From assembly GCA_035253585.1 (NCBI GenBank), contig DATFBY010000094.1:1-24000 (forward strand): a DNA stretch of 24,000 nucleotides, written 5' to 3'. The DNA comes from Gemmatimonadaceae bacterium. Its GTDB lineage: Bacteria; Gemmatimonadota; Gemmatimonadetes; Gemmatimonadales; Gemmatimonadaceae. Positions 16,193 to 24,000 of the stretch are shown one piece after another (positions within the stretch are counted from its first letter, which is position 1; each line of letters begins with the position of its first letter). The notes beneath the pieces are model-generated. The model saw only the letters and a list, made by a program, of their open reading frames with translations, was not told the DNA's origin and ran no database searches. A program made the translations under genes and the position numbers.

Positions 16193-17331
16193 TGCGCATC
16201 CTGCTCGTCAACTGGCAGGATCGGGAGAACCCCGAGGCCGGCGGCGCGGAGATCCATCTCCACGAGCTCTTCGGACGCCTGGCTGCCAGCGGTCACGACA
16301 TCACGCTGCTGTGCAGTGGTTGGAAGGGATGCATGCGTCGCGTCGAGCTCGACGACATCCAGATTCATCGTGTCGGCACGCGCTACACATTTCAATTTCT
16401 CGCGCGGCGATATTACCGCCAGCATCTGGCGGCGGCCGACCACGACGTCCTCATCGAGGACATCAACAAGGTGCCGCTCTTCACACCACTATGGGGAGCG
16501 AAGCAGGTAGTGACGCTGGTCCCCCACCTGTTCGGCACTACCGCATTCCGTGAAGTTTCACCTCCATTGGCGGCGATGGTGTGGCTGTCCGAGCTACCGA
16601 TCACACCGATCTATCGTCGCTCGGCATTTCATGCGATCAGTGAGAGCACGGCCGACGATCTGGCGGCGCGCGGCATCCCGCGAAATCAGATTCGCGTGAT
16701 CTATCCAGGTGTCGATACCGTGTACTTCACGCCGAGCCCTGACGAGCGCGCGCCCAATCCGGTTTTCGCCTATGTCGGTCGGCTCAAACGATACAAGGGT
16801 GTCGACATCGTCATGCGAGCGTTCGCCGAGCTTCGTCACCCGACGGCGACGCTCGAGATCGCGGGGACGGGTGACTATCGGCCCACGCTGGAAGCGCTCG
16901 CGGCATCGCTTGACCTCGGCCAACGGGTGCGGTTTCTTGGGTTCATCTCGGAGGAGGAGAAGCGCGCGCTGCTCCGGCGCGCGTGGGCGCTGGCGTTCGC
17001 GTCGCCGAAGGAGGGGTGGGGGATCACCAACCTCGAAGCCGCGGCCAGCGGCACGCCAGTCGTTGCATCGAACTCCCCCGGTCTCCGCGAATCCGTTCGC
17101 GATGGAGAAACCGGATTTCTCGTGCGGCACGCTGACGTCAGCGCAATGGCCGATGCGTTTCGCCGGCTGGCCGAGTCACCGGAGCTCGTGGGTCGTCTCG
17201 CCGTCGGCGCGCGCGCCTTCGCCGAGCGCTTCACATGGGACGACGCGGCGCGACAGACCGAGGACCACCTATCGGAGGTCGTGCACGCGCCACTGAGCAG
17301 CTCGCCGGACCGCAGCCCCGTAGCATCGTAG
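16192..17331 (+). CDS. Glycosyltransferase, GT4 (group 1) family
   Basis: MRILLVNWQD..GGAEIHLHEL N-terminal half. C-terminal EX7E region SPKEGWGITNLEAAASGTPVVASNSPGLRESVRDGETGFLV. Confidence 0.88.
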   Translation: MRILLVNWQDRENPEAGGAEIHLHELFGRLAASGHDITLLCSGWKGCMRRVELDDIQIHRVGTRYTFQFLARRYYRQHLAAADHDVLIEDINKVPLFTPLWGAKQVVTLVPHLFGTTAFREVSPPLAAMVWLSELPITPIYRRSAFHAISESTADDLAARGIPRNQIRVIYPGVDTVYFTPSPDERAPNPVFAYVGRLKRYKGVDIVMRAFAELRHPTATLEIAGTGDYRPTLEALAASLDLGQRVRFLGFISEEEKRALLRRAWALAFASPKEGWGITNLEAAASGTPVVASNSPGLRESVRDGETGFLVRHADVSAMADAFRRLAESPELVGRLAVGARAFAERFTWDDAARQTEDHLSEVVHAPLSSSPDRSPVAS

Positions 17332-17335
17332 GAGG
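17330..17335 (+). promoter_or_regulatory. Shine-Dalgarno for hpf
   Basis: AGGAGG lies 5 nt upstream of GTG 17341. It is the only strong RBS in the only real gap (9 nt) of the 17-gene array. Confidence 0.65.
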
Positions 17336-17340
17336 ACGCA

Positions 17341-17652
17341 GTGGAGATCATCTTTCACGCACACCGGGCCGTCATCTCCCCCACCATGCGCCAGCGCGCC
17401 GAGCGTCACATCGAAAAGATCGCCGGTCGAATGCGACGGCTCGTCGACGCTGTCGTACGTTTCGAACAAGATGGCCCTGTTCGCCGCGTGGAAGTCGTGC
17501 TACACGCTCCGCGAATGCGCCCGTTGATCGGGCAGGGCTTCGGCCGCACCTACGGTCCCGCGCTGTCCGAGGCGCTGGAAAATGTGCAGTCGCAGCTCGC
17601 TCACAAGAAGCGAACGCCGAAGGCGCGGAAGCGTCTTGCCGCTCGGGCATGA
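17341..17652 (+). CDS. hpf: Short ribosome hibernation/ribosome-associated inhibitor family protein (HPF/RaiA, sigma54-modulation protein family)
   Basis: About 100 aa. The beta-alpha-beta pattern MEIIFHAHRAVISPTMRQRAERHIEKIAG...VRFEQDG..RVEVVLH....YGPALSEALENVQSQLAHKKR matches the family layout. The position directly upstream of hprK/PTS genes matches the known hpf-PTS linkage. Confidence 0.7.
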   Translation: MEIIFHAHRAVISPTMRQRAERHIEKIAGRMRRLVDAVVRFEQDGPVRRVEVVLHAPRMRPLIGQGFGRTYGPALSEALENVQSQLAHKKRTPKARKRLAARA

Positions 17653-18632
17653 AAAAGCCGGCCTTCACCGTCGCTCGATTTCTCGATCTGCTGCGCGACT
17701 CGCTGCAGCTCGAGCAGGTCGGTGCGTCCGATGGGCTCCAGCGGGAGATTCTGAGCAGCGACGTCTCGAGTCCTGGGCTGGTGCTGGCCGGCTACGTCGA
17801 GCGCTTTCCCGCGAATCGCATCCAGGTGTTCGGCGAGACGGAGGTGTCATACCTCGCGTCGCTCCCAGAGGAGCAACGGTCGCGGGTGCTCGATCTGTTC
17901 TTCTCCTTCCCGGTGCCGTGCGCGATCGTCACCAAGGGGCTCGAGCTGCCTGACGAGTTCGTGAGCGCGGCGACGAAGGCGAACGTGCCGGTACTGCGGT
18001 CGGCGCTGAAAACCGCCGAGTTTTACAGTCGCGTCAAGCCGGTGCTCGCCGAGGAGTTCGCGCCGACGACGACACTGCACGGGTCGTTGGCCGACGTGTA
18101 CGGTGTGGGGTTGTTGTTCGTCGGCCAGAGCGGCATCGGAAAATCGGAGTGCGTGCTGGACCTGGTCGAGCGCGGACATCGGTTGGTCGCCGATGACCTC
18201 GTCATCGCGCATCGCCGCGGGAACGACGTCATCATCGGGCGCGGGCACGAGCTTCAGCGGCATCACATGGAGATTCGTGGCGTCGGGGTGATCGACGTGA
18301 AAACGATCTTCGGCATCCGCGCTGTTCGACAGCAGAAGCGCATCGAGGTCGTCGTCTCCTTGCAGGAATGGGACAAGGCATCGACTTCGGCCACCGTGGA
18401 TCGCACCGGTCTCGACGTGCAGACGACGACGATTCTCGACGTCGAGATTCCGAAGGTGCTCATCCCCCTCAACCCGGGAAAGAACATCACGGTGGTGGCG
18501 GAAGTCGTCGCCATGAATCACCTACTCCGCTACAGCGGCGTCGATCCGGCGGAAGCGTTCAACCAGAAGCTCATCGACCGCATGCGGGCGTCGTCCGACC
18601 TTCGGCAGTATCTGGCGGAGGACAATGAGTAG
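17649..18632 (+). CDS. hprK: HPr kinase/phosphorylase
   Basis: Walker A motif GLLFVGQSGIGKSECVLDLVERGHRLVADD and signature HMEIRGVGVIDV. ATG 17649 (MKKPAFTVARF) lies inside the longer track ORF and makes an ATGA overlap with hpf. Confidence 0.92.
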   Translation: MKKPAFTVARFLDLLRDSLQLEQVGASDGLQREILSSDVSSPGLVLAGYVERFPANRIQVFGETEVSYLASLPEEQRSRVLDLFFSFPVPCAIVTKGLELPDEFVSAATKANVPVLRSALKTAEFYSRVKPVLAEEFAPTTTLHGSLADVYGVGLLFVGQSGIGKSECVLDLVERGHRLVADDLVIAHRRGNDVIIGRGHELQRHHMEIRGVGVIDVKTIFGIRAVRQQKRIEVVVSLQEWDKASTSATVDRTGLDVQTTTILDVEIPKVLIPLNPGKNITVVAEVVAMNHLLRYSGVDPAEAFNQKLIDRMRASSDLRQYLAEDNE

Positions 18633-19029
18633 CTCGCCGCAGCCGCCGGCGATCATCATCGGACACGGCGACTTCGCCCTCGGAATGATCTCGGCGGTCG
18701 ACCAGATTACCGGCATGGGTGATCTCTTCATTCCGATGTCGAACTCGGGGCTGAGCGCGGCCGACGTCCAGGCGAAGCTGCGCGAGCTCATCGATGCGCA
18801 TGGTGCCGAGGTGATCTTCACCGATCTTCCGGCGGGGAGCTGCAACATGGCGGCGGCAAGGATCGCCGGCCTCGCGCCGGAGATCACCGTCGTCACCGGC
18901 GTGAGCCTTCCCGTGCTGCTGCACTACGCGCTGCACGGAAACGTCTCTTCTCGCGAGGCGGCGGCGGAGGCGGTGGAGCGCGCCATTCCCGCGCTCAAGG
19001 TGGTGGCGAGGACACCGCGTGGCGATTGA
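18625..19029 (+). CDS. PTS mannose/fructose/sorbose-family EIIA component
   Basis: AIIIGHGDFALGM carries the phospho-His context. The size (134 aa) and ..VIFTDLPAGS.. fit EIIA-Man. GGAGG precedes the ATG. Confidence 0.85.
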   Translation: MSSSPQPPAIIIGHGDFALGMISAVDQITGMGDLFIPMSNSGLSAADVQAKLRELIDAHGAEVIFTDLPAGSCNMAAARIAGLAPEITVVTGVSLPVLLHYALHGNVSSREAAAEAVERAIPALKVVARTPRGD

Positions 19030-19510
19030 TCTCCATCGCATCGACGACCGGCTCATCCACGGACAGGTCGTGGTGGGTTGGGGACAACCGTTAGGCCTGG
19101 GATTCATCGCACTCGTGGACGACGAAGTCGCGGGGAGCGAGTGGGAGCAGGAGCTGTATCGGATGGGCGTTCCTCCCGACATGGACGTCTACTTCGCGAC
19201 GGTCGAAGACGCCGCGGGGCGCCTACGCGAGTGGGAGAAGGACGAGCGTCCCGGCATCCTGCTCACTCCGGACATCGAGACCATGCGCCGGTTGGTCGAC
19301 CTGTCAGGCGGCGCCATCAAGCGCGTCAACCTCGGCGGCATCCATCATCGCGCTGGACGCTCGGAGCGGCTGCGCTACCTCTACCTCTCCGAGGATGAGA
19401 TTCAGCAGCTCCGAGACCTGGCCAATCGGGGCGTCCACATCTCGGCGCAGGATGTGCCAGCCGCGCGGCCCATGCCGCTCGAGGAAGTGCTCGAGCACGA
19501 CAACGGATGA
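19019..19510 (+). CDS. PTS mannose/sorbose-family EIIB component
   Basis: HRIDDRLIHGQVVVGW is the EIIB-Man phospho-His signature; ..VNLGGIH.. lies further on. Confidence 0.88.
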   Translation: MAIDLHRIDDRLIHGQVVVGWGQPLGLGFIALVDDEVAGSEWEQELYRMGVPPDMDVYFATVEDAAGRLREWEKDERPGILLTPDIETMRRLVDLSGGAIKRVNLGGIHHRAGRSERLRYLYLSEDEIQQLRDLANRGVHISAQDVPAARPMPLEEVLEHDNG

Positions 19511-20205
19511 TGAGCCTGATCGAGCTGCTCCCGCTCGCGTTGTTAGGCGGCGTCGTCGGCATGGACGTCGTCACCTTTCCACAGGCGATGATATCGCGCC
19601 CGATCGTTGCCGCATCGTTAGGCGGTGCGCTGGCAGGAGATCCACTATCGGGGCTCGTCGCCGGCGCCACGCTCGAGCTGATAGCGCTCGAAACGCTGCC
19701 CGTCGGCGCGTCGCGATATCCGGAATGGGGCTCGGCGTCGGTGGTGGGGGGCGCCCTCTTCGCCGATCGAGGCGGCGATCCGACGCATCAGGCGGCCGCG
19801 CTCGTGCTCTCGGTACTCGCTGGCGTTGCCACGGCGTGGATCGGCGGCTGGTCGATGTATCAGTTGCGGCGTCTCAACGCTTTTTGGGCGCATCGGTCGA
19901 GCGATCGCGTGCAGCGCGGCGATCGGGGAGCGGTGATGAGCCTCCAGCTGCGCGGACTGACCGGCGATCTCGTCCGCGGCATGCTGCTGACGATCGCCGC
20001 GCTATGGGTGACGCGGGCCATGCTCGATTTCAGCCTCGCGCGCTGGACCGTGGACGCTACGACATCGCGCGCCATCGTGGCCGGAATAAGCGGTGCCGCC
20101 GCACTCGCCGCGGCCTGGACGTTGACGCACGTCACGACGGCCGCACGCTGGTTTCTGATTGGCGGACTTGCTCTCGGAGTGATTCTCGTGCTGGTGATGC
20201 TATGA
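19507..20205 (+). CDS. PTS mannose/sorbose-family EIIC membrane component
   Basis: Polytopic hydrophobic protein, 232 aa. ..LLGGVVGMDVVTFPQAMISRPIV..G.ATLELIALETLPVGASRYPE.. resembles EII-Sor. ATGA junctions on both sides. Confidence 0.8.
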   Translation: MMSLIELLPLALLGGVVGMDVVTFPQAMISRPIVAASLGGALAGDPLSGLVAGATLELIALETLPVGASRYPEWGSASVVGGALFADRGGDPTHQAAALVLSVLAGVATAWIGGWSMYQLRRLNAFWAHRSSDRVQRGDRGAVMSLQLRGLTGDLVRGMLLTIAALWVTRAMLDFSLARWTVDATTSRAIVAGISGAAALAAAWTLTHVTTAARWFLIGGLALGVILVLVML

Positions 20206-20981
20206 GCGCCGCCGCACGTGAGCGCACCGCGATTCCATTGCTGCCGCTTCGCACGCAGGCGGCGATGTTCGTTCGTCTCTTCGCGATTCAGGGATCGTGG
20301 AATTACGAGCTGTTGGTGGGTAACGGCGTCGCGTTCAGCGTCGAGCCGGCGCTTCGTCGTCTCGACGGCGGCGTGAACGGTTCCGCCTATCGAGAGGCGC
20401 TGGCGCGGCAGGCACGATACTTCAACGCGCACCCGTATCTGGCGGCCGTCGCGGTCGGTGCGCTGGCCCGCGCCGAGCTCGACGGAAACGCACCGACGCA
20501 GATCGAGCGCTTTCGCACGGCGTTGCCCGGTCCGCTGGGGAGCGTGGGCGATCGTCTCGTCTGGGCCGGCTGGCTTCCGTTTTGCTCGCTACTCGCGCTA
20601 CTCGCGTTCGGACTTGGCGCCGGTCCGTGGGCTACCTTGCTCCTGTTCCTGGCGACGTACAACGTAGGCCACATTGGATTGCGCGCCTGGGGATTGCGAG
20701 TGGGTTGGCGGCACGGACTGCGCGTTGCCTCCGCGCTCGGCAATCCAGTCTTGCGGCAAGGGCCTCAGCATCTGGCGCGCGCCGTGGCGCTGCTGGCCGG
20801 AGTGGCGATCCCTCTCGCACTCCTTCGTCTGATCGGCCCTGATCGGAACGTGGTGGGCACTTCAGTGCTCGCGGCAATGTTGATCTCCTTAGGGTTGGCG
20901 CGGCTTCACGGCCGCGTCCCCGGGTGGCGCGTCGCGTTTGGCGTGCTCGTGATCTTCGCACTCCTGTCAATCGCCAAATGA
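20202..20981 (+). CDS. PTS mannose/sorbose-family EIID membrane component
   Basis: FVRLFAIQGSWNYELLVGNGVAFSVEPALRRL...ALARQARYFNAHPYLAAVAVGA matches the EIID N-terminal signature (Q.SWNYER..G.GF...P.L...H..FFNT.P). The true start is ATG 20202, inside track ORF 19395-20981. Confidence 0.85.
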   Translation: MSAAARERTAIPLLPLRTQAAMFVRLFAIQGSWNYELLVGNGVAFSVEPALRRLDGGVNGSAYREALARQARYFNAHPYLAAVAVGALARAELDGNAPTQIERFRTALPGPLGSVGDRLVWAGWLPFCSLLALLAFGLGAGPWATLLLFLATYNVGHIGLRAWGLRVGWRHGLRVASALGNPVLRQGPQHLARAVALLAGVAIPLALLRLIGPDRNVVGTSVLAAMLISLGLARLHGRVPGWRVAFGVLVIFALLSIAK

Positions 20982-21250
20982 GTATGTCTGAACGAGCCGT
21001 CACCATCTCCAATCGCAACGGGCTGCACGCGCGTCCGGCGGCCGAAATCGTGAAATGCGCCTCGCGCTACGACAGCGAGATCACCATGGTGCGCGATGAT
21101 CTCGAGGTGAATGGAAAGAGCATCATGGGTGTGATGATGCTCGCCGCCGAATACGGCTCGACGTTGCTCGTGCGCGCGAACGGACCGGATGCCAACGAGG
21201 CTGTGCAGGCGATTGCCAGTCTCATCGAGCAGAAATTCGGAGAGACGTAG
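20978..21250 (+). CDS. ptsH: Phosphocarrier protein HPr (has both His-15 and Ser-46 type sites)
   Basis: NRNGLHARPAAEIV is the active His context; VNGKSIMGVMMLAA is the regulatory Ser context. The start is ATG 20978 (ATGA overlap) or ATG 20984. Confidence 0.9.
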   Translation: MSMSERAVTISNRNGLHARPAAEIVKCASRYDSEITMVRDDLEVNGKSIMGVMMLAAEYGSTLLVRANGPDANEAVQAIASLIEQKFGET

Positions 21251-23034
21251 TGGAGCGACGGCTCGTCGGGATTCCAGCGTCACCAGGAATCGTCGTGGGA
21301 CCCGTGCACCTCCTGCGGTGGGAGGTACCCGAGGTCCCGCAGCGCATCATCAGCGATGATGCGATCGAAGCCGAGATCAAGCGCTTCCATGCCACCCTCG
21401 ACCGCGCCCGCGACCGCCTGCGCTACGTGCGCAATCGCGCCGAGAGCCACGCCGGCGCGGAAGAGGCGGCGATCTTCGAAGTGCAGCTCCACATGCTGGA
21501 CGACAAGGAGCTACTCGGCCGCGTAGAGACGCTGATCCAACAGAACCTGGCGGCCGAAACGGCGTTCGATCTGACGATTCTCGAGTGGCGCCATCACTTC
21601 GCGCGTCACAGCTCGCCGATGATGCGCGAGCGTGTGGGCGATATCACTGATGTGCAGATCCGCGTGCTGTCGCTGCTCCTTGGTCTCCCCGACCACGATC
21701 CGGTCGACGTGCAGAAAGGTGCAAACGCGATCCTGGTCACGCACGATCTTACGCCAAGCCTCACCGTACAGCTCGACCGCGATGCGATCGCGGCGATTGC
21801 GACCGACGCCGGAACGCGCATCTCGCATGTCGCCATTCTGGCGCGATCGCTCGGCCTTCCCGCCGTGGTGGGTCTTCGCGACGCGACCAGCCAGCTCCGA
21901 GGCGGCGAATCCGGCATTCTCGACGGGACCGCCGGAACGCTCGTCATCGCGCCCACGGCCGAGGAAGTCGACTCCTACCGCGCTCGCGCGCGCCGCGAGC
22001 TCGAGCACACCGCGGAGATGGCGACTCTCGCTACGGCCGAGGCGATCACGCAAGACGGCGTGCAGCTCGTGCTGCGCGCCAACGTCGATCTTCCGGAGGA
22101 AGCGGACCTCGCCGCGCACAGCGGCGCCGACGGCGTCGGTCTCATGCGCACAGAGTTTCTGGTCGTCGGCCGCACGACGATGCCTGACGAGGAGGAGCAG
22201 TATCGCGCCTACCGGCGCGTGCTCGACGCGTTCAGCGGCCGTACGGTGATCATTCGCACCTTCGACATCGGCGGTGACAAGCTTCCAGTCGGCGGTTTTC
22301 CGACGGAGCCGAATCCATTTCTTGGATGGCGCGCCATCCGAGTGTGCCTCGATCAGCCCGACATTTTTCTCACGCAGCTTCGCGCGCTCCTCCGCGCTCG
22401 CGCGCATGGCGACGTTCGCATCCTGCTCCCGCTCATCGTCACCGTCGACGAAGTGCGTCTCGTGCGACAATTGCTTCGTCAGGCAACCGAGGAGCTGGCG
22501 ACGCGCGGAGTGCCGCATCGCGCTGATGCTCCGCTCGGCGCGATGATCGAAACGCCGGCGGCGGCGGTGGCGGCCGATACCTTCGCGGGCGAGGTGTCGT
22601 TCTTCAGCATCGGCACCAACGACCTCGTTCAGTACTCGCTTGCCATCGACCGCGGCAATGCGAACCTCGCCCAGCGTTTCACTCCGCTCCATCCCGGCGT
22701 CTTACGGATGATCAAGGCGACAACGGAGGCGGGCACACGGCATGGCATCACGGTCGCATGCTGCGGGGAGATGGCATCGCAGCCTGTCACGGCTTTTGCG
22801 CTCATTGGTCTTGGCATAAGGGAGCTGAGTGTATCGCCACGTTCCGTTCCGGTCATCAAGCGGATCGTACGCGGGATCACTGCCTCCGCGGCGAGTGAGG
22901 CCGTCGAGGAAGCGATGCATGCACGCAACGCAGTTGATGCAGAGCGGGCGCTCTCGAAACCGCTGAACGTGCTGTTTGGACGAGATCCGTTGCTGGAAGA
23001 GGGGTTAAGCAGCGGGTTGCCCGGCTCCACCTAG
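21250..23034 (+). CDS. ptsI: Phosphoenolpyruvate--protein phosphotransferase (PTS Enzyme I)
   Basis: ATDAGTRISHVAILARSLGLPAVVG carries the phospho-His. The PEP-utilizing C-terminal domain has GVGLMRTEFL, IRTFDIGGDK, FFSIGTNDLVQYSLAIDR and CGEMA. Confidence 0.95.
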   Translation: MERRLVGIPASPGIVVGPVHLLRWEVPEVPQRIISDDAIEAEIKRFHATLDRARDRLRYVRNRAESHAGAEEAAIFEVQLHMLDDKELLGRVETLIQQNLAAETAFDLTILEWRHHFARHSSPMMRERVGDITDVQIRVLSLLLGLPDHDPVDVQKGANAILVTHDLTPSLTVQLDRDAIAAIATDAGTRISHVAILARSLGLPAVVGLRDATSQLRGGESGILDGTAGTLVIAPTAEEVDSYRARARRELEHTAEMATLATAEAITQDGVQLVLRANVDLPEEADLAAHSGADGVGLMRTEFLVVGRTTMPDEEEQYRAYRRVLDAFSGRTVIIRTFDIGGDKLPVGGFPTEPNPFLGWRAIRVCLDQPDIFLTQLRALLRARAHGDVRILLPLIVTVDEVRLVRQLLRQATEELATRGVPHRADAPLGAMIETPAAAVAADTFAGEVSFFSIGTNDLVQYSLAIDRGNANLAQRFTPLHPGVLRMIKATTEAGTRHGITVACCGEMASQPVTAFALIGLGIRELSVSPRSVPVIKRIVRGITASAASEAVEEAMHARNAVDAERALSKPLNVLFGRDPLLEEGLSSGLPGST

Positions 23035-23074
23035 CCTCATATCATCCACGCTTCACAAAGTCAGCTAACTCCAT

Positions 23075-23096
23075 GTGCCGGAGCGAGTCCGGCCAC
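23075..23096 (+). other. Small hairpin in the 73-nt ptsI-metK spacer
   Basis: GTGCCGGA-gcgag-TCCGG(c)CAC, a stem of about 8 bp with one bulge and no U-tract. Its function is unknown. Confidence 0.2.
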
Positions 23097-23107
23097 GGTA
23101 CACTCAC

Positions 23108-24000
23108 GTGCTTCATAACCACCTGTTCACTTCCGAGTCGGTCACTGAAGGGCATCCGGACAAGATCGCCGACCAGATCTCCGACGCCGTCCTCGACGCC
23201 ATCCTGGCTGAGGATCCCAAGGCGCGCGTCGCCTGCGAAACGCTGGTGACGACCGGCCTCGCCTGCGTCGCCGGCGAGATCACGACGCATACGTACGTGC
23301 ACTTCCCGGACATCGTTCGTCGCACCATCGACGCGATCGGCTACAACGACGCGACCTATGGCTTCGACAGCAAGACGTGCGCGGTGTTGAGCACGATCGA
23401 CCGGCAATCGCCGGACATCGCGCAAGGCGTCGACACGGGTGGCGCGGGCGATCAGGGAATGATGTTCGGCTTCGCTACCGATGAGACGCCCGAGCTCATG
23501 CCGATGCCGATCATGCTCGCGCACACGCTCACGCGTCGTCTCGCCGAAGTGCGAAAAAGTGGCGTGCTTCCGTGGCTGCGCCCCGACGGCAAGACCCAGG
23601 TGACTGTCGAATACGACAAGGGACGCCCGATTCGCATCGACACCGTCGTCGTCTCGACCCAGCACGCCGACACGGTGAGCAACGATGAGATTCGCCGCGC
23701 CGTGATCGCCGAGGTGATCGAGCCCGCGCTGCCGTCCGAGCTGCTCGATACGAGTGGCGTCAAATATCACATCAATCCGACTGGCCGCTTCGTCATCGGC
23801 GGCCCGCAGGGCGATGCTGGTTTGACCGGTCGTAAGATCATCGTCGACACGTACGGCGGCATGGGCCGCCACGGTGGCGGCGCGTTCAGCGGCAAGGATC
23901 CATCAAAGGTCGATCGCTCGGCGTGCTACGCGGCGCGCTGGGTGGCCAAGAACATTGTCGCGGCTGGTCTCGCGCGGCGGTGCGAGGTGCAGGTTGCATA
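23108..24000 (+). CDS. metK: S-adenosylmethionine synthetase, 3' end outside the window
   Basis: My own translation from GTG 23108 reads (M)[49 protein letters not shown]...[24 protein letters not shown]...[12 protein letters not shown]... The gene is missing from the ORF track because no stop codon occurs before the window end. Confidence 0.95.
   Translation, partial: MLHNHLFTSESVTEGHPDKIADQISDAVLDAILAEDPKARVACETLVTTGLACVAGEITTHTYVHFPDIVRRTIDAIGYNDATYGFDSKTCAVLSTIDRQSPDIAQGVDTGGAGDQGMMFGFATDETPELMPMPIMLAHTLTRRLAEVRKSGVLPWLRPDGKTQVTVEYDKGRPIRIDTVVVSTQHADTVSNDEIRRAVIAEVIEPALPSELLDTSGVKYHINPTGRFVIGGPQGDAGLTGRKIIVDTYGGMGRHGGGAFSGKDPSKVDRSACYAARWVAKNIVAAGLARRCEVQVA

Noticed and set aside
19395-20981. 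528-aa ORF that might be read as one large protein spanning the EIIC/EIID region.
   Set aside because: Its first 269 residues are Arg-rich nonsense overlapping the genuine EIIC frame. The EIID signature starts at ATG 20202, which forms an ATGA junction with EIIC. The same logic trims 17235-18632 (hprK starts at 17649), 6968-7651 (starts at 7310), 14881-15792 (ribH starts at 15313), 15665-16192 (nusB starts at 15773) and 9370-10344 (starts at 9427).
23035-23107. Possible SAM riboswitch in the metK leader.
   Set aside because: The spacer is only 73 nt, too short for SAM-I or SAM-IV. I could not recognise the pseudoknot signatures of the short SAM-II, SAM-V or SAM/SAH classes, and only an 8-bp bulged hairpin (23075-23096) is visible. 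A covariance-model scan would settle it. A hit would overturn this rejection.
1-24000. Searched by eye for transposases, integrases, phage genes, toxin-antitoxin pairs, restriction-modification or other defence genes, and for terminal inverted repeats flanking the signalling island.
   Set aside because: None found. The CheB/CheR/kinase island has no recognisable mobility genes or flanking direct repeats, and I saw no obvious compositional break by eye. That impression is not a computed GC-skew or k-mer analysis, which would be the proper test.

Overview
GC-rich bacterial chromosomal window; the lineage cannot be fixed from sequence alone. I support 25 protein-coding genes and see no rRNA, tRNA, CRISPR array or mobile element. 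Layout: (i) 1-1463 is the 3' part of a methylmalonyl-CoA-mutase-family catalytic subunit, truncated by the window edge. (ii) 1577-7185 is a signalling island. A soluble PAS-GAF histidine kinase (+) converges, with an 8-nt 3' overlap, on a minus-strand operon of three genes: a minimal CheB-like esterase, a CheB-like esterase with a C-terminal zinc ribbon, and a CheR-PAS-coiled-coil-PAS methyltransferase. No MCP, CheA, CheW, CheY or receiver domain occurs in the window. The CheR protein itself carries 12 uninterrupted heptads with (Q/E/D)E pairs that resemble MCP methylation sites. This is my best candidate for an undescribed system, a self-contained reversible-methylation switch, but that reading is inference and not shown by the sequence. 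(iii) 7310-24000 is an all-plus-strand housekeeping stretch. It holds an FmdB-type zinc ribbon plus argS, then a large inverted repeat built from CCATCCG heptamers. After that come 17 genes (9427-23034) with no gap longer than 9 nt and mostly overlapping stop/start codons: pfkB-family kinase, purM, a signal-peptide protein, ribD-ribE-ribBA-ribH-nusB, a GT4 glycosyltransferase, hpf, hprK, mannose-family PTS EIIA/B/C/D, ptsH and ptsI. The 5' part of metK follows; it runs off the window and is therefore absent from the ORF track. The many long antisense or alternative-frame ORFs in the track are treated as high-GC artefacts.
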